From positions 39,438,401 through 39,502,400 of the forward strand of contig CM120641.1 of NCBI GenBank assembly GCA_051362555.1: a DNA stretch of 64,000 nucleotides. Reading direction: 5' to 3'. The position numbers and the translations under genes are program-made. Source of the stretch: Lingula anatina. Taxonomy: Eukaryota > Animalia > Brachiopoda. The first letter of the stretch is position 1, and every line of letters begins with the position of its first letter. Below, one piece after another: positions 35,901 through 50,900 of this stretch. The notes under the pieces are model-generated. The model ran no database searches, was not told the DNA's origin, and saw only the letters and a list, made by a program, of their open reading frames with translations.

Positions 35901-38900
35901 AGGAGTAAAGATACAGATGCCCTCATTGATGCCATAGACAATGGAAGTATGTTCTAGCAGTGTTGTTCTTCATGTTCATCGGGGTGAAAGCCCCTCACCC
36001 AAGGGGTGCAGAAATATATTGCCTTCTCCTCTTATGAATTAAAGTTACAAGAAGTGTGACTTAATAGTTCTACTGTTTTGAATTTTGAAGCATTTTAGAA
36101 AAATATTTATTTAAAGTACAATACTGACCTGTTTGTGCATTTTTGTGGTGAAAAATATTTACAGATTTATGATAATATGATGGTCAAGATGATTAGTTCT
36201 ATTTGTTTACTTACAAATGGCATTTCCATTTCAGATTTTGAAGTTAACTTCATGGATGATGTTGGTCAGACATTGTTGAATTGGGCTTCTGCATTTGGAA
36301 CACAAGAAATGGTGAGATTCAGAATTTCAGTAAAAAATATTTAAAGTGGGTGTTTCAGGTTACCATGAGACTTGTGTGAAATATCTTTATTTGTTAAAGT
36401 TGGTCATATTTAAATCAATATTTTCAGGTGGAGTTTCTGTGTGAAAGAGGAGCAGATGTGAATCGAGGATTAAGATCTTCATCTCTTCATTATGCAGCTT
36501 GCTTTGGTAGACCAAACATAGTCAAGGTAAAAGGATCTATAATGTGAACATCAACAGATTGAGATATAGGATAATCTCTAGCAAAAATAGACCAAAGGTT
36601 GAGATATAGGATAATCTCTAGCAAAAATAGACCAAAGGTCCTGAAGTCAAAGGAATATTCCGGTAGAAGCATCATTGTCTTAGTACAATACTGACTTGTG
36701 AGAAAATGCTTTGCAGAAAGTCATTATGATAGGTTTTATGTACCTGTATTGTTTCTCATTGTATTATATTTTTTCATTGCTGGATGTTAACATTTTTGTA
36801 GACTCTTTTGCGATATGGGGCCAATCCCGACCTCAGAGATGAAGATGGGAAGACCCCCCTTGATAAAGCCAGGGAGAGGGGAGACGAGGGGCACAGAGAG
36901 GTCATCAGAATACTTCTGTCACCAGGTGAGGAGGAAAGCGCGAGCCCATGAAAAAAACCTTCAATACTTCAGAATAAGTATAAAATGCATGTGACATTTC
37001 TTCAAGAAAGGCATTTAACTCTGCAAAAGGTGGTTTATGCATTATTTATCCACTGTGGCTTAATCAGTTTACCCTAGGGTGTACATTCTGTGCATAGATT
37101 TATTCGTCCATAAAACTGGAAATATTTTCATTGGCCTGAAAGATCATATGTTGCATTCTTCCAGGTGACTGGATGATTCCAGCCTCCAGCAGAGAGAGCT
37201 CCACCTCCAGTATAGGTGAGAGTGCCACTGCCACAGGTGCCCCTCCAGCAGTAGATACTCCAGGCACCCCGGGGGATCCACTTCTTGATGAACAGGAGCA
37301 ACAACAGAGACAGCAACAACAGCAGCAACAGCAACAACAACAGCAAATGCTACAACAACAACAACAGCAGCAGCAGCAACAGCTGAAGAAAGAGGAGCCA
37401 GAGGAACCTCAAGAACCAAAGGGGGATCCAGAAATGGCACCTGTGTATCTGAAAGCTCTGTTGCCTATCTTTACTCAAGTCTACCAAAGTACAATGTTAC
37501 CTTCAGTCAGGTATGTGAAATAAACTGACATAAAGATAAAATCTTGTTTAACTGTCACATGTTAAGCACTAGTAATAGCAGTAGTTGTTGTCATTTTACA
37601 CTTGAATTTTCAAAAGTTTATTTGTAAGATTTTGTATTGTAGAACGTCAGCAAGAATGTTCACACCAGCAGAAAATTTGTGTGAATTTGATTTGAAACAT
37701 CGTGAATAGTGTTCTCTCATTTTCCCTCCAGGAAAGCCAGCCTTGCTCTCATCAGGAAGATGGTTCAACACACCTCAGAGAATGTCATGGTAGATATCTG
37801 CAATGCAGGCTCCACCTTTCCCACACTGCTGGTTGAGGTCATTGCTATGGTGTTGGACACTGAGGTAGGATTAGGCTTTAATGTGGCAAATGACCACAGC
37901 TGTTGCTTCTTATCAAAGATGTGTGTAACATTTTCCTGCTTATGTGATTTTAAAAATATAAAAATAAAAATATTACCATTCATAAACATGATGTCTAAAA
38001 CAGGATTAATTCCACCTAAATGACTTTTTTCTGGGAAACGAGTGTTGCATACTTATTACGATTCAGGTAAGTGTGCAAAAGTAGTTCTTTGCTCTGAAAT
38101 TATGAATCACTAATAGCAATTATAAAATTGAATCTTAACTCCATAGGATGATGATGATGGCCACAACACAGCTCTTCAGATAATAGAGGACCTTGTCAAC
38201 AAAGGGCGTGACTGTTTCCTGGAACACTTTGCCAGGCTGGGGATCTTCATCAAAGTGCTGAACCTGGCAGGACCTCCTCCAGAGGAAGAAGAGAGGATCA
38301 GAGCCAGGGAAGAGAAGGTAAGGCATTTATAGATATTCTGAATTATTATCTTTCTTTTTGAGGATAAATGGACCATTTTATTGATCATATGCAGGCATTT
38401 AAGGCATTTATAGATATTCTGAAGTATTATCTTTTTCATTTTGAGAATAAATGGACCATTTTATTGATCATATGCAGGCATGGGTTTATTTTATGAATTA
38501 CATTTATTATCAAGTCGGGTATTTAACTGAAAGGTTGAAGTGTTTTGTGTCAGTCAGTAAATTGAAATGTGCGTAAGTTTTTAAAATTTTGATCTTATTC
38601 TCTAGATGGAGCAAGAGTCCCAGCTGGAAGATGCCAAGGAGGTGATCCAGGGGAAGGCTTACCACTGGAAGGACTGGTGTGTGGCCAGAGGAAGGGACTG
38701 TCTCTACATCTGGAGTGATGCTGCTGCCTTGGAGTTGTCTAATGGCAGCAATGGCTGGTTTAGGTTTATACTGGATGGTAAACTGGCCACCATGTACTCC
38801 AGTGGTAGCCCTGAAGGTGGCTCAGATAGCTCAGGTGGGCAGGTGTCATAATATTTAATTGTAAATGTATTACTATAAATTTCCCTTTGAAAAGGGCACT

Positions 38901-41900
38901 AGGGAGATCATTTATTGGATTGAAATCTATTTCAGTTGTTTGTGCTAACTTGCTATCTAAATAGCTAATAAAGCTACAGGGTTAATAATATGCACAGTTT
39001 ACATATTCATCCTAATCTTCAAATTTTAATGAAAAATTATTTTTAGAAAACCGAGGAGAGTTCTTAGAGAAACTTCAGAGGGCCAGAAGTATGGTGAAGA
39101 GTGGCACTCCTAGTCAGCCCATCCTCAGCAGCATTGGACCCACACGTCTTGTGGTGGGCAACTGGTCTTTGGCCTGTAGGAAGGAGGGGGAGATACTGAT
39201 ACATAACTCTGATGGTCAACAGGTAATTCTCCTCTTGATCAGTTTTGACCGATGTGCAGAATTTAAATTCCCAGTTGTAAAACAGCACCTGTTTAGCAGA
39301 GAAAATTAAAAAAAAATAATAATAATAATATTTACCCTTTAGTGATTATGAGGAAATTTAGATTTTATGTATGTTTGAAAAATTATTTTCAGGCTACAAT
39401 TCTTCGAGAAGATTTGCCAGGTTTTGTGTTTGAGTCAAACCGTGGCACTAAGCACACCTTCACAGCAGAGACATCCCTAGGGCCAGAGTTTGCCTCTGGC
39501 TGGGCTGGGAGGAAGAGCAAGAAGTTGAAAAGCAAAGTGGAAGCTATAAAACAAAAGGTAAGATTTTTTGTACATTTATCTGTCTGAGAAGTTACATCCT
39601 CTTGGTATAAGGATAAGCATGACACCAATTTTTACTTTGCTATGAAATTTTGTTATGGAACTATAGCTGAAATTTTAAGCCATTTCTTCAGCAATAAATT
39701 GGTGAATAAATTTTCCAGTTTCTTGTTTTTTTATAGCCAAAGTAATTAATCTTTTGCATTTGGCAAACCACACATATCATATTGTATTAAGTCATATCTT
39801 TACTACTCCAGGTGAAGACCATGGCTAGGGATATCTATGAGCAGCACTTCAGAGCAGCCCAGGCTACACCAAGAGGAGTAGTAGCCAGGCTACACAGCAT
39901 TGTACAGCTGCTGGACTCAGCTTGTCTCAAGCATGCAGGCCAAATAAAGGTAAACTTTTTTATCTTTTTAGTCCAAGGAGGATTATAGTGATTTAGAATA
40001 AAGCCAAGTGCATTTAAAAGGTTGAAGAGGCTAATTGAATGCAAACTCAGCTCTCATTGAATTCAAGCCCAGTATTTGGTCCGTCAAATCTTTTAATCCA
40101 AAAAATAATTTATAATTTTCCAGGTTACAGAGGGAGAGCCTGACTGGGTCCAGGACATGAAAACTGCACTGGATGACCTGTCTGAGCTGTTGAAGGATGA
40201 TCACACGGTGTCTGCCTTTGAGCTCCACAGCAGCGGATTAGTACAGGCCCTGCTCAACTGTTTGAATGTGAGAGAGCACTTTGTTATTGTTTTAAATAAG
40301 AGAAAAGATAAATTTCCAATAAACGGTTTTTGGTATACATTAAAGCTGCTGTTTATGTGTATTCATTGTTTTAATGATATAAAAATAGGTAAATGCATAA
40401 TATTATGGTAGAAACATAATTGTGAATTATGGATGAGAAAATCTTGGATATTTACCATATATTTTGATACGATTGACTTTTTTTTTCATATTGTTTTAAA
40501 GGGTCTACACAATGTGACTGATAATCCAAAATTAGCCTTGGAGAGAATACACATGTTTATGCACGTGTTTAAAGAATCAGATTACAGGTTTGTTGAAACT
40601 TTTTTCTTGGTAAAAGAAAACTTAGTAAACTGGATTAAAATGGTATTAAAAATTTGGATGATAAAAGAATTTTAACAAACAGATGATTATTATTATATAT
40701 CATGACTCTTTGCAACATAAGCATATTACAGTATCTGTGACAATTTGGGACATAACTGAAATATAAATAGAAGGGCTCATTGAATGTTTTCTCCTGTTTC
40801 AGTGTAAACCCAGCCACTGCTCTTGTAAGAAAACTCATATCTGTGTTAGAGTCTATAGAAAAACTCCCAATATTTAGTTATGATATTCTTGGAACTGGAT
40901 ATGGTTTACAGGTGAGTTAGCTATTTGTCTTATTTATATTGTTAAAATTGTGTATTGAGAAAGAAAAAAAAGAGAAAAAATTGAAATCATACACTGTGCT
41001 ATCTGTTGGATATTTAAATTACAAGGCATTGGTGGTTTTGGTAGTGGCAGAGACTTTTCTTTACATTAATTTTTTCAAAGTATACATTGTTTCTTCCCCA
41101 TTTATGTACATTTTGTACTTATTTCCAGATCCTCACTCGACGTTTGAGATTCCGTCTTGAAAGAGCACCTGGAGAGACATCTTTGATTGACAGAACAGGC
41201 AGAAACTTGAAAATGGAACCTCTTAGTAATGTGGACCAAGTGGAGAGATATCTTTTGAAAATGGCATGTATTGTTTTTCTGTCATGTCAGACTATTTCAA
41301 CACAAAACTTTCACGCAAGCAAATAATACATATAGCATATTTTCAATTATAGAATAGTTATGAAGTGAAACTTCCTCCAAAATTTCAAAAGTTAAAACAT
41401 AAAGTGATCTTTTAGTTTGCACTATGTATCTTGCATATTTTCATTGGTATCCTCTTAATTGTTGAATTTGTTTTCTCCTCTGCAGGTTGCCAAACAATGG
41501 TATGACTATGATAGGTCTAGTTTTACATATGTGAAAAAGCTCAAAGAACCAGATGCTAAATTTTCATTCTCACATCAAAGGGATTTTGATGAGAATGGTG
41601 TGATATACTGGATAGGAACTAATGCCAAGTGAGTACTGAGCATGCTGTCCATTTTGAAAATATTTTATCAGAAAATTTTTCATTTAAGATTCTTCATGTG
41701 TGCTTGTGACGAGTTGAAGGCAGAATATATATGTTTTCATGTTGAATAATGTATCTGGAGGCCATCATTGGAAAAGAGCTGTAAATTTTCCCGCAGAAAC
41801 AATTGCACTGCCTAAGTAAAGGCAGCAGTTCTTTGATTAGCTTGTTGGTCTCTGCCAGCAGTTCTTTTTAGTTGAGCATAAAGATATTAGGGGAAAAAAC

Positions 41901-44900
41901 AAAGAGTAGAATTTATGTCACTCAAGTTATGTATACTTACTAATAGATTTCCGTTTCATTACTAATTCCAAGTTTTCTTTTTTGCTTATAGATCAGCATA
42001 TGAGTGGATCAACCCAGCACAGTATGGCCTGGTGGTGGTGACATCCTCTGAGGGGAGAAACCTGCCCTATGGAAAGCTGGAGGATGTCCTCAGCAGAGAG
42101 CCGTCTGCTCTGAATTGCCACACTAATGATGACAAGTAAGTATACTATTACTTCTTTGGATTTTTTGAAAGGCCTTTTCTAACTGACCAGGTAATAGGGT
42201 AGTATCTTTTTGTGAAAAATTATCTAAATTTCCATGATTTTAGAAAGTTCAATTCACTTTATATTGTGCTAGAAAGGTTTATTAAAAAAAACAGTGGGTT
42301 TTAGTGAAGATTTCAAATGGCATTACACTTCCTCTGCAGGAGTGCATGGTTTGCCATAGACCTGGGCGTGTTTGTGATCCCCACAAGTTACACACTGAGG
42401 CATGCTAGAGGATATGGAAGGTAAGAACAGGTGGTTGGACAGGCACGAAACAGGGCTTGCATATATCACAGTTTACAAGTTTAATATGAGGTCAGGTGTA
42501 AAACATCACATTTTATAAGTATTTTCTGATCAGACAGAGAGATTGTGTATTTGTTAAACCATAATCCTTATCCTGAAGCATCTGAAAAGATGCAGGAATC
42601 GGATTCATTCTGTCATAGCATTGTATTGTTGGCTAATGATAACTTTACCATTCAAACCAGCATAATATGTCCACTTTCAGGTCTGCCCTGAGAAACTGGG
42701 AGTTCCAGGTGTCCAAAGATGGCACCACATGGACAACCCTGTATAAACATGAAAATGACGCCTCACTCAATGAACCAGGGTATGTATTACATGTAACCCT
42801 GGTATCACAGTCACTGCTCAGGGAGTTCGTGTTTGATCATGTGCTTTATGGCTTTTATCATGACTGTTGTTGCTCAAATAGCAGTGTTACAGCTTTGAAT
42901 TTTGATTAACCACTCTTGAGAGGTCGAAATTTAGATTTTTACAAAAATAAAAAAACTCAGTTGCATGTACTGAAACAAAGCAGTGCAAGAAAAACTGGAA
43001 AAAGTTGTTGAAATAGACTCGTAAGTTTCTCACAATCAAATATTTTATATAAAACTTAAAGTATGCCTTAAAGTCAGAGCAGATTGCATGTATTTTAAGA
43101 AATATTAGTTTATTATCAGTTTCAAAAGTTTTTGCAAGATAACCAGTTTCTATTAAATTATTTCACATTGCCAGGTCCACTGCCAGCTGGCCTCTGGAGC
43201 CCCCTGCAGAAGAGAAGCAAGGCTGGAGACATGTACGCATCTTACAGTGTGGGAAGAATGCCAGTGGACAAACTCACTACTTGTCTCTATCTGGCTTTGA
43301 AATATATGGAACTGTCACAGGGGCTTGTGATGATGTCGGTGAGTTAAACAAAGCTGGTGTGATGTTTTAAGTTATCTATGTCATTAGAATGCAGATGGAA
43401 ACGTAAGGCTTCTAAGATGGTTGCATTTAGCTACCCTAGACTCTTAGATGTGAAAGCAATGTGAAATGCCTGCTGAATGTACCAAAAGTCAAATATTCAT
43501 TGATTCGTATTTAAAAATGGAAAGAAATGACTAAGTTAATATTGTACCTGTTTAATTTCATAGGTAAAGCAGCCAAAGAAGCAGAGGCAAACTTGCGACG
43601 TCAACGTAGACTGCTGCGCACACAGGTGCTGAAGCAAATGGTGCCCGGTGCTCGTGTTGTGCGTGGCATGGACTGGAAGTGGAGAGACCAAGATGGCAAT
43701 CCACCAGGAGAGGGGACAGTTACAGGGGAACTGCATAATGGTACGATAAATGTTACAATAAAAAGGACAATATTGTCTTTATGGGAATGAATGTTGGATT
43801 ACACAATACTGAATGGGGTGGAAAAATAGTGTTTGAAAGAGGTGGGAAGTATGTTGCATTGTGTTTGAATGTATTGTTGAGACTCTGGACAGAATTCCTG
43901 CATACAGGGAATTTAAAGAAAAGTTAAAAGATAGACATTATATTTGGTTTACTAGTATACTAGTGTTTATATGTAGTGATTTTGTTGATCCGTTTTAAGG
44001 TAATGCTTTTATTTGTGTATGAAGTATTGATAGTCCAGTAAAAGTGGAATTAAATAAATGTACCCTATGGGTATTTTTTCTATTGACTAGGTTGGGTTGA
44101 TGTGACCTGGGATGCAGGGGGATCTAATTCCTACAGGATGGGTGCAGAGGGTAAATATGACCTTGCCCTTGCCCCATCTCATGATCCAGAGAAGCTCCGC
44201 CACACCTTGTCTCAGAAACCCGAGGGAGCCATGGCCCCTGCTAGAATGAAGTCTAATAATCCAGATGGTGCTAAACAAAAAGTAAGTTTTATGATAGATA
44301 GATATGATTACAGCACAGCATTATCTCCATATTGAAAAGGAATATTGAAAGAGGGTATGTGGCCGCTTTTGTACGCTGAAAAGGTAAACATTTGATTGAA
44401 AAAAAATATATATACATAATATGTCAATCAATAACCCAAGGAAGAAGTATAATTTACAATACAGCAAATTAATGTTTGGTTACTTCCAGTTACAGACTAG
44501 TGTGTTAACCAGCAGGAAGAGCAGTTCCACCCCTAGTCTCAGTGACGTGGCGGAGGCTAAATCTTCTGTAGCCTGTACAGAGCAAGCAGCGTCTGCAGAG
44601 AATCTTACTGCAAGAGTGAAAAGTGTAAGTTCAACTATGTTTTTCTTTACAAATACTTTAGCACTGAACAGTTCAACACATGGTTTCACATTAGCCTTAT
44701 AATTTTGTAGTTTGTTTAAATCAATTTTTGAATAATTAAGTTATTTGATTTTCATGTTTTTATGGTTAGTTTTGATTGTCAGATTTATTTGGAAGAAATA
44801 AATAAAACATTCCTATCACATAAACTGACCAAAATTATGACAACCGTTTAGGACACAGAAACCTCCCCATTATTTCAAGACAAGATATTGTATTCCAGAC

Positions 44901-47900
44901 TGCAGAAAGTGTAGCAGAGAGTGTCCTAAACCTGGCCACCTCGGAAGCTGTGGTCATGGTGACAGTAGACCCATCAGATGGCAGCACTAGCAGTAGTACC
45001 ACCAGCACTGAGAGTAGCACTGTCAGCAGCAGTAGTACCACCACCAGTGCTGGCACTGGCCCTTCTACTCAGGAGACAGCTGCAGAAGTACACAGCGAAG
45101 AAGGTATGGTTAAGTTGATTATTTTGTGCTCTTTGTGTTTGTAAGTACTGATATTGAAAATAATTAATTTATTAAAATTTAGGTGATTAGTAGGTTCAAT
45201 TTAAATATTTTTTTTCTAAAAATACGTAGGAAGACTTTCGAGTGATTCCTTTGAAAAAGGTATTTTGCCACTACCTCATGCAGTGAAGAGGTGTTAACTT
45301 CATTATCTATTTTAATTTTTTATTTCCCCTTCTAGGTCTTGCAGATATGGCATGTGCTCCCTTGGACAACTCAGATCTTGGAGCTGTAGCTGCACTGCCT
45401 GATAACAGCAATGAGAAGAAACCAGAGAAAGTACAGACCATAAGAGTTGGAGAGAAAGTTAAAGTGTCAGAGGTTGTCAGAGGTGAGAATGGATGTTGAA
45501 GATTTTTTTTACCATGCATTTGTGTAATTTGTGATAAGAGGTTTGGCTAATCTTTTGATTTTCACAAAAAGAAGAATTTGATTTAGACACATCTTATCCT
45601 TACAACCCATACGTAGGCACTTTTTGTATAGTGTACTTATTATATGGAGAAAAATTAATTTTTTTTACGCATTTCTAATCTACACAAAGTATTGATTAGT
45701 GCCTTTTTCTGAATTCCAGACAAGCCTCCTAAGGTAGACAGAAAGTCGTCTGACCCCCAGGCCCAGGCCTGGCCCACCTCTACCAGCCCCATGAGTGTCA
45801 GTGTGCCAAATCTTACCAGTAATATGGAACAGACTGTCAATTTGCTGGAGTCCTTTGCCGCTGTTGCCAGAAGAAATGTTGCTGGTGGCAGCGGTGGGGG
45901 AACAGGCAGTCTCAGTCGTACTAGTGCTAGTAGTCTAGTAAGACTAGCTCTGCAAGGAAATCTCAGTGAGTGTCTTTGATCTGCAAATTCATTTTATGTA
46001 TAGGACATTTTTGTATTCTGACATATGGGACTTAACAAGGTAATTTTTATTCATCTGCTTATAATACAGTTTTTCATCTCTGAACAAGTGGTCTTTGTTG
46101 AATTTCTCAGTATATCACATACAATTTTCATGGATTTGCCACCTTCACATCTGACAGTTCACCCATTTGCTTATTTTTCAGGCAACTTGTTAAGTACAGC
46201 TCAAAGCTTCCCCAACCTCAATACAAGTGGAACCAACACCACCTCCAGCCCCACCACCTGTAGTAACGTGACCTCCCTGAGCCAGGCACTCACCATGAGC
46301 CTGGCCTCCACCTCCAGTGAGAGTGACAATGATTTCTTGGAGACCTGTAGAGCCACCACCTTGCTGGCTGAACTGGAGGATGATGACGAGCTGCCAGAGC
46401 CAGATGATGACACAGATGAGAACGAGGATGATAATGAAGAGGATGATGACTTATATGAGGATGTCATGGTGAGTGGAGTATAGAGGTGGTTGGAAATATG
46501 GCTTCTAAGATAGAGTGACTGTATCTTGGATAATTGGTACAGCTGAGGATTGTATTACATTATAAATAGCTGTGTGACTTGAAACAGCACTAGAAAATAA
46601 TTTTGAGTATCCATATTCTGAAAAATTTTAAAAGTATCCTTTCAAATTACTTTGTGACCAGTGGTCATCAGACCATCAACTATTTATGTTCATAATTATG
46701 CAATTCAATTTTTATGTGATTTTCTCAAAAGAAAACTACTTTTAGTTATTACATGTAAATTGATTGTTTCTAGGAGGAAGAAGAGTATGATACAAGGAAC
46801 AGCCGCAGAAGGACGTGGGATGATGAGTTTGTACTGAAGAGGCAGTTCTCAGCACTGATCCCAGCATTTGACCCCAGGCCTGGCAGAACCAATGTACTTC
46901 ATACACAAGACTATGAAATACCACCCCCAGGTAGGATAAGGCCACTTCAACTGTTTTTCACTCTATTGTAATACCTTTTCTCTCTATTTCAAAGTTTTTA
47001 CCCTTTCTGCTTATTCCAGTTTACTTTGAGTGAGGACAAGGTGCAGTTTGTAAAAGTCCTTTGCTTGGGATATGAAGTTAGAAGGAGGTTAAAATTGTTT
47101 TTGAGGGGAAAATTAATGTGAGGAAGCTCATAATTCAAATTGATGTGTAGACTTCATTTTATTCCAACTCTCAGGCTGAAAAATTGACCGTTACATTCAA
47201 TGTGGGATATTGGCTTCTTCTGTTATTAAGGCATAGGAATATATTTTTCATTTGAACATTATGTTAGGCAAGTCTGATGGTTTACAACTACATATAAGGT
47301 GATTTGAACGAACCAGATTTTGAAATCGTGTTTGTGTCTTGTTTCATTGTAGGAACAGAAAGGCAGCAGTCCAGTGAGGAGACAGACCCAGTGCCTCAGC
47401 CCAAACTGGCACTTTACTTGAAAGGACCTAATTTGCCAGGGGTATGGAGAGCTTTTACACTGAATAGATGATGAAATATAAAAGTATTATGAATAGTTCA
47501 GTTAAAAAACATATTCTGAAAGATTCTTAAGTTGTTCGGGTGAGAATGATGGCAGCATAGAGGAAGAAAAGACATAATTAGCCATTTGTTTTCCTGCAGA
47601 TGCCTGATGGTGAGATCTACATGGCTGACCCCAAGGCAACCATTTTCAAGTATGTTCAACTGTTACTGTTGCAAGCCCCTGGAGCCAACAAAAGTGAAAG
47701 ACTGAAGAGAATTTGGGAACCAACGTACACGTAAGTATTTGTTACAGGTTTGGTAAGAATGTGTGTGTGCGTGAGGATCTGTACAATATTCAATATCTCA
47801 AGTGAATACTTTTTCTTCCTGGATACTTACACAATGTATTTGATAAAAAAAAAATTAACAGAAATAGAAAAATTAATGAGCTGCATTATTAAAATGTCAG

Positions 47901-50900
47901 TTTGAGCATAAGACAAGGTGAGGTAAATTGTATAGTTATTGATACTTCTGCTTTATAATTGATCAATTCAGATTGGTGTATAAAGAATTAAAGGAAGGTG
48001 AAGGCAGGCTGGACTTGGAAAACACAGAGGTGAGTGACAGTCAAAGTGTGACAGACTTGTAACTCATTGTTAGCAAAAAAGCACCATTGTCAATACTATT
48101 TAGATTGTTGATAGGTTAAAATCTACTTTTGAATTTCATGTAAATAAGGATGTTTTTATGTACAGACACAGATGTGTCTGTACATATTGCCATCACCTGC
48201 GTCTGTCGTCGCCGATGCCGATGGCGATGCCGATGCCGATGCCGTCGCCGTGCACTTTCCTTGTAAACACGATAAGTGGAAGGCAGTTTTACTTTTTGGC
48301 TTTATATTTACAGAGCTGATGAATATTCATAAAACGCAGGTCAAGTTCGAAAATCAGCATGATCGGGCCATTATTGTAGAAGTTATGCTGTTTTTTCACT
48401 TTTCAGCATATTTTTCACATTTCCTCAGATTCAATTCTTAGGCATGTTAACAGTCTCATTATTAAACTAATAAGATCCGTAAAAGTTTTTGTTTGACATT
48501 TCCTGCATCTTTACAACATTGTTAGTTGATTTTTTAAAAATGATGGTAAACTTGTTATCGTGTATTGTGTAATAAAGTGTCAAAAATGGAAATAAACTCA
48601 TATCATTGCAGTTTGTCAGATTCAATCATTCACTATGTTCAGAATCTCAGAATGGAAGAAATTGGACATTTTACACTGCTTTATTGATATTTTTCCCATC
48701 TCATCAATTTTCTTAGTTGATCATATAAAAATGGCAGTAAACTGTTAATTTTGTTTTATGTTAAAAATTGTTAAAAATGAAAAAAAAAACATTTCAGAAC
48801 AGTGCTGTCTTGTTTACATTTTGGCATTTTCAAGTTGTGACTTAGAGGTTCCATGGGCCTGAAGACCTTTGCTAGTCACATTTTCTGAATATCCATGATA
48901 CTAATATTTTATTATTAAAAATTGATGGTCATTATGCTGTTAAACATTATGTAATATTGCATCAAAATTTGAAAAAAACCTATTTTGGGCACTGCTCCCA
49001 TGATGACCATTTAAGAAAAACCATGTCACTTACTGTTCTCAAACAGTACAGTAAATATATATATAGATGTGTCTGTACATATTGCCATCACCTGCGTCTG
49101 TCCTCGCCGTCATCGCCGTCGCCGGTGCCGTGCACTTTCATTGTAAACACGATAAGTGGAAGGCAGTTTTACTTTTGGGCTTTATATTTACAGAGCTGAT
49201 GAATATTCATAAAACGCAGGTCAAGTTCGAAAATCAGCATGATCGGGCCATTATTGTAGAAGTTATGCTTTTTTTTCACTTTCCAGCATATATGCAACAC
49301 TGTAAACACATTCCAAGGAAAACCGATAGGCCTGTTGTCATGAAACTCACAGGAGTAATCTATCTTACTAAAACGCAGGTCAAGTTCGAAAATCGGCATG
49401 ATCGGGCCACTATTTTAGTAGTTATGCTGTTTTTTCATTTTTCAGCATATATGCAACACTGTAAACACAATATAAGAAAAACAGATAGGCCAATTGTCAT
49501 TAAACTCACAGGAGTGGTCAATCTTACTAAAATGCAGGTTGAGTTCGAAAATCAGCATAATCGGGCCATTATTTTAGAAGTTATGCTGTTTTTTCACATT
49601 TCCTCAGATTAAATTCTTAGGCATGTTAACAGTCTTATTGTTTTACTAATAAGATACATAAAAGTGTTTGTTTGACATTTCCTGCATCTTTACAACATTG
49701 TAAGTTGATTATGTAAAAATGATGGTAAACTTGTTATCGTGTATTGTGTAATAAAGTGTCAAAAATGGAAATAAACTCATATCATTGCAGTTTGTCAGAT
49801 TCAATCATTAACTATGTTCAGAATCTCAGAATGGAGGAAATTGGACATTTAACACTTTTCTATTGATATTTTTCCCATCTCATCAATTTTCTTAGTTGAT
49901 CATATAAAAATTGCAGTAAACTGTTTATTTTGTTTTATGTTAAAAAAGTGTTAAAAATGGAAATAAATCCATGTCAGAACAGTGCTGTCTTGTTTCACAT
50001 TTCCTCAGATTCAATTCTTAGGCATGTTAACAGTCTCATTATTTAACTAATAAGACATGTAAAAGTGTTTGGTTGACATTTCCTGCATCTTTACAACATT
50101 ATTAGTTGATTATGTAAAAATGATGGTAAACTTGTTATCGTGTTTTGTGTAATAAAGTGTCAAAAATGGAAATAAACTCATATCATTGCAGTTTGTCAGA
50201 TTCAATCATTCACTATGTTCAGAATCTCAGAATGGAAGAAATTGGACATTTTACACTGCTTTATTGATATTTTTCCCATCTCATCAATTTTCTTAGTTGA
50301 TCATATAAAAATTGCAGTAAACTGTTTATTTTGTTTTATGTTAAAAAATTGTTAAAAATGAAAAAAAAAAACATTTCAGAACAGTGCTGTCTTTGTTTAC
50401 ATTTTGGCATTTTCAAGTTGTGACTTTGAAGTTCCATGGGCCTGAAGACCTTTGCTAGTCACATTTTCTGAATATCCATGATACTAATATTTTATTATTA
50501 AAATTGATGGTCATTATGCTGTTAAACATTATGTAATATTGCATCAAAATTAAAAAAAAAATATTTTGGGCACTGCTCCCATGATGACCATTTAAGAAAA
50601 ACCATGTCACTTACTGTTCTCAAACTTATAGGAAAGAAACATGGGACTAAAATACAGCTTCAGTAGGCAATGCAGTCTGTTTGGTAATTCTTACTGCCAG
50701 TTAAACGGTTTCACATATTGGCATTTTCAAAGTGTGACTTTGAAGTTCCACGGGCTTGTTTATTATTGCATCAAAATTGGCAAAATGACCTCTTTTGCAT
50801 CCTTTTTTCTGTTATTTTGTCTGTACATTTGACAGCTTTGCTGCCTTGTTTAACTTTGAAACCACCTTGGTTTGGGTTTTGTATTTTGAAACAAGCATGG

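Noticed and set aside
37128-37440. Minus-strand poly-Leu and poly-Val/Ala ORFs
   Set aside because: They are antisense shadows of the HECTD1 CAG/CAA tract.
48172-49612. ORFs beginning [11 protein letters not shown]..., and their counterparts at 10799-12938
   Set aside because: They are by-products of the HINE microsatellite and 159-bp (53-codon) repeats, with no Rep or helicase motifs.
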